This document shows positions 63,837 through 64,000 of a stretch of 64,000 bases of DNA, piece by piece. The DNA is taken from NCBI GenBank assembly GCA_028534125.1, contig CM052817.1, positions 11,596,001-11,660,000 of the forward strand. The letters run 5' to 3'. The notes below the pieces were generated by a model. It was given only the letters and a program-made list of their open reading frames with translations. It was not told the origin of the DNA and did no database searches. The DNA comes from Lama glama (taxonomy: Eukaryota). The number at the start of each line of letters is the position of its first letter. Positions within the stretch are counted from its first letter, which is position 1. The position numbers were made by a program, and so were the translations under genes.

Positions 63837-64000
63837 GTTGATACCAGTAGTTGGCCAAGAAATTGGCAATAAGATGGGGTTTTGATGCTGTATCATTCAC
63901 TGCCCAGTGGGCAATGAGGATCCCATCACTTGGAGGCAGGAAGAACACAGATAGTCCCTGGCAAAAAGTGGTGGTCCAGTCATGAAAACTTTCATTGATG
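63837..64000 (+). mobile_element. Start of ERVL-type internal sequence (ERV3-16A3_I-like), runs off the window
   Basis: Decayed PBS-like GTTGATACCAGTAGT directly after the LTR, then GGCAATGAGGATCCCATCACT...GATAGTCCCTGGCA...AAAACTTTCA. Confidence 0.75.

Noticed and set aside
1..64000. CRISPR arrays, operons, rRNA or prokaryotic defence-type systems
   Set aside because: The sequence is mammalian; I saw no regularly spaced repeat-spacer array, gene-dense region or rRNA similarity

Overview
Non-coding, repeat-rich mammalian genomic DNA (intronic or intergenic). It is most likely from a camelid, because it carries a tRNA-derived Vic-1-type SINE with a target-site duplication and cetartiodactyl-type L1 3' ends, and I saw no Alu, Bov-A/BovB or PRE-1. 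I found no recognisable host protein-coding exon. Nearly all ORFs in the track are chance ORFs, decayed L1/LTR sequence or artefacts of the 500-N gap (17908-18407). The window is a mosaic of old L1M, L2, MIR, MER5/MER58-type DNA transposons and many solo LTRs (MER68, MLT1/MLT2, MER21, LTR33, MER90, MER41-like), plus an LTR16-type 5' LTR with internal sequence at the right edge. The best-supported oddities are a 3.8-kb L1 with intact ends but internally deleted and scrambled ORFs, two L1 insertions into the same target site, and a perfect 29-bp tandem duplication. Motif-level candidates (inference only) are a CTCF motif in the L1 5' UTR, NF-kB/STAT-like motifs in a MER41-like LTR, recursive-splice-like AG|GT sites, a TATA/CpG promoter-like patch, an RFX X-box and a spaced RE1-like site. 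I do not see evidence for a new biological system. Repeat family names come from recalled consensus similarity, not a database search, and boundaries of old elements are approximate.
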